DNA of 64,000 bases from an uncultured Desulfovibrionaceae bacterium (lineage in GTDB: Bacteria; Desulfobacterota; Desulfovibrionia; Desulfovibrionales; Desulfovibrionaceae), in NCBI GenBank assembly GCA_964370375.1, contig CAYJIX010000006.1, forward strand, positions 321 through 64,320. Direction: 5' to 3'. Position numbers and translations under genes: made by a program. Within the stretch, counting starts at the first letter, position 1, and the number at the start of each line of letters is the position of its first letter. Shown here in pieces: positions 47,123 to 56,380 of this stretch. The notes beneath the pieces are model-generated. The model saw nothing but the letters and a program-made list of their open reading frames with translations, did no database searches and was not told where the DNA came from.

Positions 47123-48436
47123 GTGGCATTAGGCGGAGCTGAGAATTTAGCGCGCTCACCGGAATTGCGCACAAAATTGTTTTGGACCATCGGGCTTTTA
47201 TGCGCGTACCGCATTGGTGTACATATTCCTGTGCCAGGTGTGGACGCCGGCGCGTTGGCCCATTTTTTTGAGGGTGCAGCCGGTGCATTATTTGGCCTTT
47301 TGGATATGTTTTCCGGTGGCGGTCTGAGCAATGTTTCAGTCTTTGCCCTTGGGATCATGCCCTATATTTCTGCGTCTATTATTATGCAACTTTTGCAGGT
47401 TGTAAGCCCTGACCTTAAACGTATGGCAAAGGAAGAGGGATCTGCAGGCAAAAGAAAGCTAACCCAATATACTCGTTACGGCACTGTGCTTATTACAGTT
47501 ATCCAAGGTTTTGGTATTGCTGTTGGCCTTGAAAGCATGGTTAGCCCCATGGGATCTCCGGTTGTTATGGAGCCAGGCTGGACGTTTAGGCTCATGACGA
47601 TTTTGACATTAACGGCAGGTACTGTACTTATTATGTGGCTTGGTGAGCAGATTACCGAGCGCGGCATTGGTAACGGTATTTCGTTGATCATCTTTTCGGG
47701 CATTGTTGTGGGTATCCCCGGTGCTTTAGTTAAGACAAGTCAGCTTATTTCTGCTGGTGATATGAGCATTTTTGTAGCTGTAATCCTTGCTGCACTTATG
47801 TTAGCGGTTATCGTTGGCGTTGTTTTTATGGAACGAGCCCAGCGGCGGATTCCCATTCAATACGCCAAGCGTCAGGTTGGTCGTAAAATGTACGGTGGTC
47901 AGAGCACCCATTTGCCTTTGCGCGTCAATACAGCCGGTGTTATTCCCCCCATTTTTGCATCCAGCTTACTGCTTTTTCCGGCGACCATTGCTAACTTTGC
48001 CACGTCTGAATGGCTTAGCAACTTAGCTTCTTGGTTTTCACCGGCATCGATTGTTTATAATATTATTTTTATAGTGCTTATTTTCTTCTTCTGCTTTTTC
48101 TATACGGCAATCATTTTTGATACCAATGATGTGTCTGAAAATTTGAAGAAGAGCGGAGGCTTTATCCCCGGTATTCGTCCCGGTGAAAAGACTCAAGAAT
48201 ACCTTGACGGTGTTCTGTCAAGGCTTACATTATGGGGCGGCGTGTATATATCCATTATTTCTGTACTGCCCATGATGCTTATTGCACAATTTAATGTTCC
48301 TTTCTATTTTGGCGGAACCAGCGTTCTGATCATGGTGGGTGTGGCTATGGACTTTATGTCACAGATTGAATCGCACCTTATTTCACGTCAGTACGAAGGG
48401 CTTATGGGCAAAACAAGGATTAAGGGCCGTTCCTAA
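47123..48436 (+). CDS. secY: Preprotein translocase subunit SecY
   Basis: 437 aa, polytopic, SecY motifs (GIMPYISASII). GTG start with an AGGTG RBS. Confidence 0.95.
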   Translation: MALGGAENLARSPELRTKLFWTIGLLCAYRIGVHIPVPGVDAGALAHFFEGAAGALFGLLDMFSGGGLSNVSVFALGIMPYISASIIMQLLQVVSPDLKRMAKEEGSAGKRKLTQYTRYGTVLITVIQGFGIAVGLESMVSPMGSPVVMEPGWTFRLMTILTLTAGTVLIMWLGEQITERGIGNGISLIIFSGIVVGIPGALVKTSQLISAGDMSIFVAVILAALMLAVIVGVVFMERAQRRIPIQYAKRQVGRKMYGGQSTHLPLRVNTAGVIPPIFASSLLLFPATIANFATSEWLSNLASWFSPASIVYNIIFIVLIFFFCFFYTAIIFDTNDVSENLKKSGGFIPGIRPGEKTQEYLDGVLSRLTLWGGVYISIISVLPMMLIAQFNVPFYFGGTSVLIMVGVAMDFMSQIESHLISRQYEGLMGKTRIKGRS

Positions 48437-48473
48437 TATTTAGGCAGACGGTGTTGCCCTATTGGAGTTATTT

Positions 48474-49238
48474 GTGAAGAAGTTTCGAGGCGTTTTTTTA
48501 AAAAATGAGCGTGAAATTGGACTTCTTCGTGAAGCCAACCGTATGGTAGCTTGTATACTGGATGAGCTTGGAAAGGCTGTAAAACCAGGAATTCCAACGC
48601 TGCACTTTGAAGAAATTGTTCAAAAAATGTGCCGCGAGTTTAAAGTAAGACCTGCTTTTCTTGGTCAATACGGTTACCCTTTTGCCTTATGCTGTTCGGT
48701 AAATGAAGCCATTGTGCATGGCTTTCCTTCTGAGACGCGACTACAAGAAGGCGACATAGTAAGCTTTGATGTAGGCGTTATTTACGAAGGTTTTTATGGT
48801 GATGCCGCTCGAACCTTTGCGGTTGGCAACATCAGTGAAGAAGCCACACGCCTCATGCGCATAACCGAAGAAAGCTTGGCATTAGCAGTCGCTGAAGCTA
48901 GGCCAGGAAAATTGGTTGATGATATTTCACGAGCTGTTCAGCAGCACGTTGAAGGTGCCAATATGCATGTGATCAAACGCTTTGTTGGTCACGGAGTTGG
49001 CACAAAATTGCACGAAAAACCCGAAGTGCCCAACTTTGTTCCGGCTAACAGTTCCGGACTTCCTTTAAAAGTTGGCATGGTATTGGCTATTGAGCCAATG
49101 GTAGCACTAGGCACATCTGAGGTAGAGATTCTGTCTGATGAATGGACTGCAATAACAAAAGATCATAGCCTTGCAGCCCATTTTGAGCACAGCGTTGCAA
49201 TCACTCCTTCAGGGCCGCTTATTCTTGATAGAATGTAG
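48474..49238 (+). CDS. map: Type I methionine aminopeptidase
   Basis: Metal ligands in conserved context (DVGVIYEGFYGD, FVGHGVG, LAIEPM, EHSV). GTG 48474 after GGAG is preferred over track TTG 48462. Confidence 0.9.
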   Translation: MKKFRGVFLKNEREIGLLREANRMVACILDELGKAVKPGIPTLHFEEIVQKMCREFKVRPAFLGQYGYPFALCCSVNEAIVHGFPSETRLQEGDIVSFDVGVIYEGFYGDAARTFAVGNISEEATRLMRITEESLALAVAEARPGKLVDDISRAVQQHVEGANMHVIKRFVGHGVGTKLHEKPEVPNFVPANSSGLPLKVGMVLAIEPMVALGTSEVEILSDEWTAITKDHSLAAHFEHSVAITPSGPLILDRM

Positions 49239-49277
49239 TGCAGTGGCAGATAAAATTGTTCCGCATTGGAATATGTA

Positions 49278-49306
49278 TTGACATCGCCAAAAAAAAGCGA
49301 TAGTCT
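49278..49306 (+). promoter_or_regulatory. Possible internal sigma70 promoter ahead of rpmJ-rpsM-rpsK
   Basis: TTGACA (49278..49283), 17-nt spacer, TAGTCT (49301..49306). The -10 element is weak. Confidence 0.35.
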
Positions 49307-49361
49307 TTTTGATTCCGTTACCCTTTTTGGTAACGGACAACTATTTGTGGAGAGACTTGAC

Positions 49362-49475
49362 ATGAAAGTCAGACCATCTGTGAAGAAGTTTTGCCCCAAG
49401 TGCAAAGTTATTCGGCGTAGAGGCGTCCTTAGGGTCATTTGTGAAAACCCCCGGCATAAACAACGCCAGGGCTAA
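49362..49475 (+). CDS. rpmJ: 50S ribosomal protein L36 (zinc-binding form)
   Basis: [37 protein letters not shown], 37 aa. The track start 49266 is an upstream extension. Confidence 0.93.
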   Translation: MKVRPSVKKFCPKCKVIRRRGVLRVICENPRHKQRQG

Positions 49476-49493
49476 TCTGTCAGGAGAAAGACT

Positions 49494-49862
49494 GTGGCCA
49501 GAATAGCTGGTGTTGACCTGCCCAGAGGCAAGCGTGCTGATATCGCGCTAACCTATATCTATGGCATTGGCCGTGCTACGGCCTTAAAAATTCTTGATAC
49601 CACTGGTATTGATTGGACCCGTGGCATTGATGACCTTTCTTCCGAAGAGCTGAACGAAGTCCGTAAGGAAATCGAACAAAGCTTTAAGGTAGAAGGTGAT
49701 TTACGCCGCGAAGTTTCTGCCAATATCAAACGCCTTATGGACATTGCCTGTTATCGCGGGCTCCGCCACCGTCGTGGCTTACCTGTCCATGGACAGCGTA
49801 CGCACACCAACGCACGTACCCGTAAGGGCCCGCGTCGTGGTGCTGTGGGCAAGAAAAAATAA
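49494..49862 (+). CDS. rpsM: 30S ribosomal protein S13
   Basis: uS13 (ARIAGVDLP); GTG start with an AGGAGA RBS. Confidence 0.96.
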   Translation: MARIAGVDLPRGKRADIALTYIYGIGRATALKILDTTGIDWTRGIDDLSSEELNEVRKEIEQSFKVEGDLRREVSANIKRLMDIACYRGLRHRRGLPVHGQRTHTNARTRKGPRRGAVGKKK

Positions 49863-49942
49863 CTGAATTTACCCTTCCGGTATGGCAGTGTTAAAGTATA
49901 CACTGGTGCCATACAAAACGTTCATCAAACGGAAGCAAAGAC

Positions 49943-50332
49943 ATGGCTAGACCAAGAAGATCTGCTAAAAGAAGAGAAAAAAAGAATGTCCCTGTAGGCC
50001 TTGTGCATATCCAGGCCTCTTTTAACAACACCATTGTGACCTTCACTGATACCCGTGGACACGCCATTAGTTGGGCTAGTGCCGGGCAAAGTGGTTTTAA
50101 AGGGTCACGCAAATCAACCCCTTTCGCCGCGCAAGTAGCTGCTGAAACAGCCGCTCGCAAAGCCATGGACAATGGCATGCGTACAGTGGGTATTTACGTA
50201 AAAGGTCCGGGTTCTGGGCGTGAAGCTGCTATGCGCGCTGTGAATTCAGCTGGCTTTAAGGTGGCTTTTATTCGTGACGTGACACCCATCCCTCATAATG
50301 GATGTCGCCCCCCCAAACGCCGCCGCGTCTAA
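49943..50332 (+). CDS. rpsK: 30S ribosomal protein S11
   Basis: uS11, 129 aa. Confidence 0.96.
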   Translation: MARPRRSAKRREKKNVPVGLVHIQASFNNTIVTFTDTRGHAISWASAGQSGFKGSRKSTPFAAQVAAETAARKAMDNGMRTVGIYVKGPGSGREAAMRAVNSAGFKVAFIRDVTPIPHNGCRPPKRRRV

Positions 50333-50573
50333 TTTTTCTAAAACAAGCATGCACTAACAGGCTACTGTAGCATACAAGTTCTCTTAACCCTTTTTTTAAA
50401 AAGGCTAAAATAGAACATTGACGCTCAGCTTACATTGTACGTGTGCAATTTTAGGAATAATGCAATGGATCATATAGCCCTTTATGTGGGCATATGCATG
50501 TATAACCTTTAGGTGTAAACTCCAGAGGCAATCAGCTTGATCTGATTTCGCTCTGCTTGAGGAGGAAACCGTC

Positions 50574-51200
50574 TTGGCCAAATATAATGATGCCAAATGC
50601 CGTTTGTGCCGCCGTGAAGGCACCAAACTTTTTTTGAAAGGCGATCGCTGCTTTACTGACAAATGTTCTTATGACCGTCGTCCTCACCCTCCGGGGCAGC
50701 ATGGACGTATGCGTAAAAAATTAAGCGACTACGCCGTTCAGTTGCGAGAAAAACAAAAAGTCCGCCGTATCTATGGCATCCTTGAAGACCAGTTCCACAG
50801 CTATTTTGAGCGTGCGGACATGGCCAAGGGTGTGACCGGTGTCAATTTGCTCATGTTCCTTGAGCGTAGACTTGATAATGTTATCTATCGCTTAGGCTTT
50901 GCCAATTCTCGCAATCAGGCCCGTCAACTTGTTCGTCACGGTATTTTTACCTTAAACGGGCGTAAAGTAAATATTCCCTCTATGCAGGTTCGCGTTGGCG
51001 ACAGCATTGAGGTTCCTGAGAAAAAACGGAAAATCCCTGTACTTGCCGAAGCTCAAGAAGCTGTGGCTCGACGTGGTTGTCCTACTTGGCTAGAAGTGGA
51101 TGCTCCCAATTTTAAAGGTCTGGTTAAAGCGTTGCCGCAGCGTGACGATATCCAGTTCCCCATAAATGAGCATCTGATTGTCGAGCTTTACTCCAAATAA
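50574..51200 (+). CDS. rpsD: 30S ribosomal protein S4
   Basis: uS4 with an N-terminal Cys cluster (CRLCRREG...CFTDKC). TTG start after a GGAGGA RBS. Confidence 0.95.
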   Translation: MAKYNDAKCRLCRREGTKLFLKGDRCFTDKCSYDRRPHPPGQHGRMRKKLSDYAVQLREKQKVRRIYGILEDQFHSYFERADMAKGVTGVNLLMFLERRLDNVIYRLGFANSRNQARQLVRHGIFTLNGRKVNIPSMQVRVGDSIEVPEKKRKIPVLAEAQEAVARRGCPTWLEVDAPNFKGLVKALPQRDDIQFPINEHLIVELYSK

Positions 51201-51211
51201 GCGGGGGCTAC

Positions 51212-52255
51212 ATGCTCTTTAAACAAGGCAACAGACTGATCAATTCACGCAATTGGGTCAAACTTGTACGCCCCGAACATGGGGTATGCGATTCTGATGC
51301 AAACGATACTTCTTTTGGGCGTTTTATTTATGAACCCCTTGAGCGCGGCTATGGTATTACCATCGGCAATGCTCTGCGTCGTGTCCTTTTGTCGTCGCTA
51401 CAAGGTGCGGCCTTTGTATCAGTAAAAATCATCGGTGTGCAGCATGAGTTCACCACTATTTCAGGTGTTCTTGAAGATGTAACCGATGTTGTGCTCAATC
51501 TTAAGCAGGTGCGTCTGGCCATGGATACCGACGAACCTCAGTTTCTTACCCTTAATGTTTCCGGTAAGGGCATGGTTACTGCCGCCAATATCCAAGGCAA
51601 CCAGCATGTGGAAATCCTTAATCCGGAACAACATATTGCAACGCTTACCGAAGATGTGAACCTTTCCATGGAGTTTGAAGTGCGCATGGGCAAAGGCTAT
51701 GTGCCTGCTGATATGCACGAAGGACTTTCGGACGAAATCGGCCTGATCAAGTTAGACGCGAGCTTTTCACCTGTTCGCAAGGTGGCTTATGTGATTGAGC
51801 AGGCTCGTGTTGGTCAAATGACCAACTATGACAAATTGATCCTTGAAGTGTGGACTGACGGCTCAGTATCTGCTGAAGATGCCATCGCCTACAGTGCAAA
51901 AATCATCAAGGAGCAAATTTCTGTCTTCATCAATTTTGATGAGCGCATTTCAGGTGAGCATAGTTCTGGCGGTTCTAATGTTTCTGACATAGACGCCAAG
52001 CTATTTATGGGTATTGATGAATTGGAATTGTCTGTACGCGCAACCAACTGTTTACGTAGTGCTAACATTGCTACGGTTGGTGAGCTTGTACAGCGGCCCG
52101 AATCAGAAATGCTCAAGACGAAAAACTTTGGTAAAAAGTCCCTTGACGAAATCAAGGCTGTGCTAGCTAGCTTAGGCCTCGATTTTGGCACTAAAGTGGA
52201 CGATTTTGACAAGAAATATCAAGAATGGAAAAGGAAGCAGAACCATGAGGCATAG
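51212..52255 (+). CDS. rpoA: DNA-directed RNA polymerase subunit alpha
   Basis: 347 aa with alpha NTD and CTD ([15 protein letters not shown]). Confidence 0.97.
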   Translation: MLFKQGNRLINSRNWVKLVRPEHGVCDSDANDTSFGRFIYEPLERGYGITIGNALRRVLLSSLQGAAFVSVKIIGVQHEFTTISGVLEDVTDVVLNLKQVRLAMDTDEPQFLTLNVSGKGMVTAANIQGNQHVEILNPEQHIATLTEDVNLSMEFEVRMGKGYVPADMHEGLSDEIGLIKLDASFSPVRKVAYVIEQARVGQMTNYDKLILEVWTDGSVSAEDAIAYSAKIIKEQISVFINFDERISGEHSSGGSNVSDIDAKLFMGIDELELSVRATNCLRSANIATVGELVQRPESEMLKTKNFGKKSLDEIKAVLASLGLDFGTKVDDFDKKYQEWKRKQNHEA

Positions 52256-52628
52256 TAATTCCGGCAAAAAGCTTGGTAGAACGCCTTCCCATCGTAAGGC
52301 TCTGTTCAGCAATATGGCTACTGCCCTGATCACCTATGGCAAAATTCGCACAACTGAAGCGAAAGCCAAGGCCCTGCGCCGTACTGTAGAACCTTTGATC
52401 ACCTTAGCTTTGCGCAACGATTTGCACGCACGTCGTCTTGCCTATAAAAAGCTTGGCGATCACCAGATTGTAAAACGTTTGTTTGATGAAGTGGCCCCTG
52501 TTTTTGCAGGCGTTCCCGGTGGTTATACCCGTATCACCAAACTTGCACTGCCGCGTAAAGGTGATTGCGCTCCCATGGTGATCATGGAGTGGACGCGTCA
52601 GCCAGGACAAGGCGCTGAAAGCGAATAA
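52245..52628 (+). CDS. rplQ: 50S ribosomal protein L17
   Basis: bL17 from ATG 52245 ([24 protein letters not shown]). Overlaps the rpoA 3' end by 11 nt. Confidence 0.94.
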   Translation: MRHSNSGKKLGRTPSHRKALFSNMATALITYGKIRTTEAKAKALRRTVEPLITLALRNDLHARRLAYKKLGDHQIVKRLFDEVAPVFAGVPGGYTRITKLALPRKGDCAPMVIMEWTRQPGQGAESE

Positions 52629-52647
52629 CGTTATATCCAATGATGAT

Positions 52648-52680
52648 AAAAAGCCCCTCTTGAGGGGCTTTTTTAGTTTT
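52648..52680 (+). terminator. Rho-independent terminator of the alpha operon
   Basis: AAAAAGCCCCTC pairs with GAGGGGCTTTTT, followed by a T-run. Confidence 0.85.
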
Positions 52681-52822
52681 GTACAGGCATCACAAAAACT
52701 TGTAAAAGAGTTCTTGTCAAAGGGTTTTGCTTGGGCGTATGTAAAGAAAAGCGTATCGTTGCACCGGCTGGATTAAAGCACAAAGCCTTTGCTTATTTCT
52801 GCGTTAAAATAGGGGGTAAAGC

Positions 52823-54115
52823 ATGAAGACTCTTTCCATTGTTATTCCTGTTTATAATAAATGGGAACTTACCAAGCAATGCCTCACCTCCCTTGCCATA
52901 ACCACGCAAGGCTTTGATGATTTGGAAGTTTTGCTGGTTGACAATGCCTCAAGCGATGCAACAGCCGTTATGTGCGCCGATTTTGGCAGTGCTTTGTTTA
53001 ATGACAGATTTCATTACCTTCGCATGCCCATGAACTATAATTTTGCAGGGGCTTGTAATAGAGGTGCAAAAGCTGCCAAAGGTCGTTATGTTTTTTTCTT
53101 GAACAACGATACTGTGCTTTTGGAAAATTGGTATGAACCTTTGCTTAAGGCGCTTACGAATGGCCTGCCCAATGGGCTGCGCCCTTCTGCTGTGGGGCCG
53201 CTTTTGCTCTATCCTGACGCTTTTGGCTTTAAAGACAGGGTGCAACATTTAGGCGTAGCGTTAACGCCAAGGCGTTCTGTTACGCATTTGTATGAATATC
53301 TTCCTGCGAATCACCCTTTATGCCACAAAACACGTAGTTTTCAGGCCATAACTGCCGCTGCCTTGCTCATGCCCTTGGCGTTATTTGAGCAAATGGGATG
53401 CTTTGATGAAGGCTATATTAACGGATTTGAAGATCTTGCCTTATGCGCACAATTAAAAGCTAGTGGTCATACCATGACCTGCGTTTCTGATTCTCGCATC
53501 TATCATTTGTGCAGCCAAACGCCGGGACGAAATGATCATGATCAAGCCAATGCCGAACGATTGTTTGAGCAATGCTCCTCAATCCTCACGGCTGATGAAC
53601 ACGCACTGGTTCAGGCTGATGGGTATAGGCTCAAGTTTACTGCGTGGCATACGTTTATGATTGCGCCGCCCATAAGGACTGTACACATGCTTCACAGAAC
53701 CTTGCAAGCAAATCCAAGTAGGGATTGTGCGTTGGACTTGATCCGGCAAGAGCCTTTTTGGTTTGACGGATACCTCTGGTTGGCCGACTATGAAGATAAA
53801 GCAGGAAATGCAGATGCTGCCATGCAAGTGGCAAGTTTGGCCTGCGCCATGGATGCGTCGCCAAGTATCATGAAAATGTTATGGCAGCTAGCTAAAAAGC
53901 ACCAACAAGACGCACTGGCGGCGGATCTTTATGTGCGGTTGCGCAGCGTCCTTTGTACTAAGCAAGAGCGGCTACAAAGCTTTATGAACGCTCGCAAAAC
54001 ATTTCGAGGGCATTTTCCGGAACTTGTCGAAGATATAGATAAGCATTTAAGTAATGAAGATGTGTTTTATCAGCAAGAGGTCGTACCTTTGGCAAGCACG
54101 TTGGCTCAAGAATAA
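52823..54115 (+). CDS. Family 2 glycosyltransferase with about 170-aa C-terminal helical extension
   Basis: SIVIPVYNKWELTKQCL...VDNASSD...FLNNDT GT-A motifs. The C-terminal third was not recognised and looks like helical repeats. Confidence 0.8.
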   Translation: MKTLSIVIPVYNKWELTKQCLTSLAITTQGFDDLEVLLVDNASSDATAVMCADFGSALFNDRFHYLRMPMNYNFAGACNRGAKAAKGRYVFFLNNDTVLLENWYEPLLKALTNGLPNGLRPSAVGPLLLYPDAFGFKDRVQHLGVALTPRRSVTHLYEYLPANHPLCHKTRSFQAITAAALLMPLALFEQMGCFDEGYINGFEDLALCAQLKASGHTMTCVSDSRIYHLCSQTPGRNDHDQANAERLFEQCSSILTADEHALVQADGYRLKFTAWHTFMIAPPIRTVHMLHRTLQANPSRDCALDLIRQEPFWFDGYLWLADYEDKAGNADAAMQVASLACAMDASPSIMKMLWQLAKKHQQDALAADLYVRLRSVLCTKQERLQSFMNARKTFRGHFPELVEDIDKHLSNEDVFYQQEVVPLASTLAQE

Positions 54116-54189
54116 CATACATGTGCAGGCATAGTTGCGCATCAAACATGTAGTTGAGCAGGCTTTATTGATACATCATGAGGTGGTGG

Positions 54190-54900
54190 ATGGATACACA
54201 AGAAGCATTACAGCAAATTCAAGCAAAGCTAGGGCATCGTTTTACGGATGAATCCTTGCTACAGATGGCATTGACGCACAGCTCATGGGTCAATGAGCAT
54301 GGCGCGAAATCAGGCCATAACGAGCGGCTGGAATATCTTGGGGATGCGGTGCTGGAGCTTGCCGTTTCAACGGAATTGTATCAACGTTTTTCAACGGCTA
54401 GGGAAGGAGAACTGACAAATTTGCGTTCGTCCTTAGTCAATACACAGGTTTTAGCTACGCTTGCTCGAAAGCTGTCTTTGGAGGGCGTTTTACGCCTTGG
54501 ACGAGGGGAAGAAAGCCAAGGTGGGCGCAAGCGAGATGCTCTGCTTGCCGATGCTATGGAGGCAGTATTTGGCGCGTTGTATCTAGATGCTGGCTTTATT
54601 AAGGCGCGTCATGTCATCAATTCCTTATATAAGGAGCTTGTGCCGCAACAATCGCAGGTAGCCCAACAAAAGGATTATAAGACTCAGCTCCAAGAAGCGA
54701 CGCAAGACCAGCAGCTTAAAGAACGAGGCCTACCTGCCTATACCCTAGTGGGATCTGATGGGCCTGAACACAGCCGTGTTTTTACCGTGCGCGTGACCTT
54801 GCCTACGGGGCAAGATTTTACAGCGCAAGGGCCAAGCCTTAAACGTGCAGAGCAAGAAGCAGCCAAGTTGGCTTTGACGATATTTGAACCAAAGGCATAG
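54190..54900 (+). CDS. rnc: Ribonuclease III
   Basis: NERLEYLGDAVLEL signature and a C-terminal dsRBD. ATG 54190 after GGTGG is preferred; the track start is 54178. Confidence 0.93.
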   Translation: MDTQEALQQIQAKLGHRFTDESLLQMALTHSSWVNEHGAKSGHNERLEYLGDAVLELAVSTELYQRFSTAREGELTNLRSSLVNTQVLATLARKLSLEGVLRLGRGEESQGGRKRDALLADAMEAVFGALYLDAGFIKARHVINSLYKELVPQQSQVAQQKDYKTQLQEATQDQQLKERGLPAYTLVGSDGPEHSRVFTVRVTLPTGQDFTAQGPSLKRAEQEAAKLALTIFEPKA

Positions 54901-54998
54901 TATTTTTTGTAGCTATACAAACCTTGCTCCATGCTCAGATGACGACTCGGCAAAAATTGCTGCCATACTTCAAAAGCAGAAAAAGTAAACCAAGTATC

Positions 54999-55028
54999 CG
55001 ATCTAAGGAGGAAATCCTCCTTAGATCG
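54999..55028. terminator. Bidirectional hairpin between rnc and the flagellin gene
   Basis: Perfect 13-bp stem CGATCTAAGGAGG-AAAT-CCTCCTTAGATCG between convergent genes. Confidence 0.7.
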
Positions 55029-55063
55029 TTTGACTTTGGTCTGCCTTAGCCTACAAGATGGGC

Positions 55064-55963
55064 TTAGCCGCCGATAAGCTGCATAGCCATCTGAGGCAGA
55101 GAATTAGCTTGAGATAGCATAGCCACCGCAGACTGGGTGAGAATTTGGTTACGCACAAATTCGGTCATTTCAGTAGCCACGTCCACGTCAGATATGCGTG
55201 ATTCTGAGGCTTGAAGGTTCAAGGACTGTGTTTGCAGGTTGCTGATGGTGTTTTCCAACCTGTTTTGCAAGGCACCAAGGCTTGCGCGGATATTGTCCTT
55301 GGAAATAATTGCCTGGTCAATGGCTGTAAGTGCGTTCTGCGCGCCCGACTGGGTTGAAACGCTGAAGCCGGCTTCTTCACCAACAAGGCTTGAAGATTGA
55401 TTGCCAAGGCCCAATGAGGAGGCTGTTGTGGAGCCTATTTCAATGTAGTAATAGTCTTCAGCTGAGTCGTTACCCACGCCAAAGTGGATTTTAAGAGCTC
55501 CGGTGCTGTTTAAGCCAGAACCATCGTGAGCGCCTGAGAGTGTGCCGTCCAGAACTTTAATACCGTTAAAGTCTGTGGCGTTGGCGATACGGGTAATTTC
55601 TGAAGCCATGGCCTGATATTCAGAGTCAATGATCAAACGCTGAGTAGAGTTGTACGTGCCTGTTGCGGCTTGTTCTGCAAGCTCTTTCATGCGGATGAGT
55701 TTTTCGTCGATAATACCAAGAGCACCATCTGTGGTTTGAACCATAGAAATAGCATCATTGGCATTACGAATACCTTGTTGCATGGTTGAAATTTCTGCCC
55801 TCATAAGTTCGCGAATAGCAAGGCCTGCAGCGTCGTCAGCTGCGGTCCCTACGCGAAGACCGGAGGATAAGCGTCGTGTTGAAACGCTTAGGTTATCGTA
55901 ACTGTTGTTCAAGTTCTGGGCCGCTGTCGCTGCCATCATGTTGTTATTAATGACCAAAGCCAT
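55064..55963 (-). CDS. Flagellin
   Basis: 299 aa with conserved flagellin N-terminal (LSSGLRVGTAADDAAGLAI) and C-terminal (LSQANSLPQMAMQLIGG) domains. AAGGAG RBS. Confidence 0.95.
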   Translation of the reverse strand: MALVINNNMMAATAAQNLNNSYDNLSVSTRRLSSGLRVGTAADDAAGLAIRELMRAEISTMQQGIRNANDAISMVQTTDGALGIIDEKLIRMKELAEQAATGTYNSTQRLIIDSEYQAMASEITRIANATDFNGIKVLDGTLSGAHDGSGLNSTGALKIHFGVGNDSAEDYYYIEIGSTTASSLGLGNQSSSLVGEEAGFSVSTQSGAQNALTAIDQAIISKDNIRASLGALQNRLENTISNLQTQSLNLQASESRISDVDVATEMTEFVRNQILTQSAVAMLSQANSLPQMAMQLIGG

Positions 55964-56001
55964 AGGAATTCTCCTTAAAGTTAGTGGTTGTCAACAACTA
56001 A

Positions 56002-56016
56002 GCAACCACAGTGCCA
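56002..56016 (-). promoter_or_regulatory. Sigma54 (RpoN) -24/-12 promoter of the flagellin gene
   Basis: The minus strand reads TGGCAC-TGTGG-TTGC with consensus GG/GC spacing. The -12 element is about 40 nt upstream of the flagellin ATG. Confidence 0.7.
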
Positions 56017-56088
56017 AAGCTTTTTTTTAGTTGTAATGTAAGCATGTTAAATATTATCTAGACATCGGTATGGCGTTTTTTTCCTACC

Positions 56089-56112
56089 ATTTTTTGTGGG
56101 ATGACAAAAAAT
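56089..56112. promoter_or_regulatory. Perfect 9-bp inverted repeat upstream of the sigma54 promoter (candidate enhancer site)
   Basis: ATTTTTTGT-GGGATG-ACAAAAAAT, lying 73-96 nt upstream of the -24 element. Confidence 0.35.
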
Positions 56113-56380
56113 TTCCGATTGAGTACCATGACTCAGCATGGTTTTTGTGCAAAACGTATTGATAGGTTCATCATAAAAACCGTATATGCATATATATATT
56201 CAATGATTTTATATGTATAACTGTGGTAGGTAATTATTTCAGGCAGGCAAAGGGCCTTTCTACAATGGCTGTTGGACAGCCTGAAAGGATAGCGGACTTG
56301 TGCCGTATACTAGGAGCCGTGTATACGTCGGCGTGCAAACGCCTTATTCCATGGCTTATGTAACTTTTTTTGGTGTTTGT

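Noticed and set aside
56040-56080. Sigma28 promoter for the flagellin gene (CCGATG -10-like hexamer at about 56063..56068, minus strand).
   Set aside because: No TAAA-type -35 element lies at the required 15-nt spacing, and a much better sigma54 -24/-12 element lies closer to the gene.
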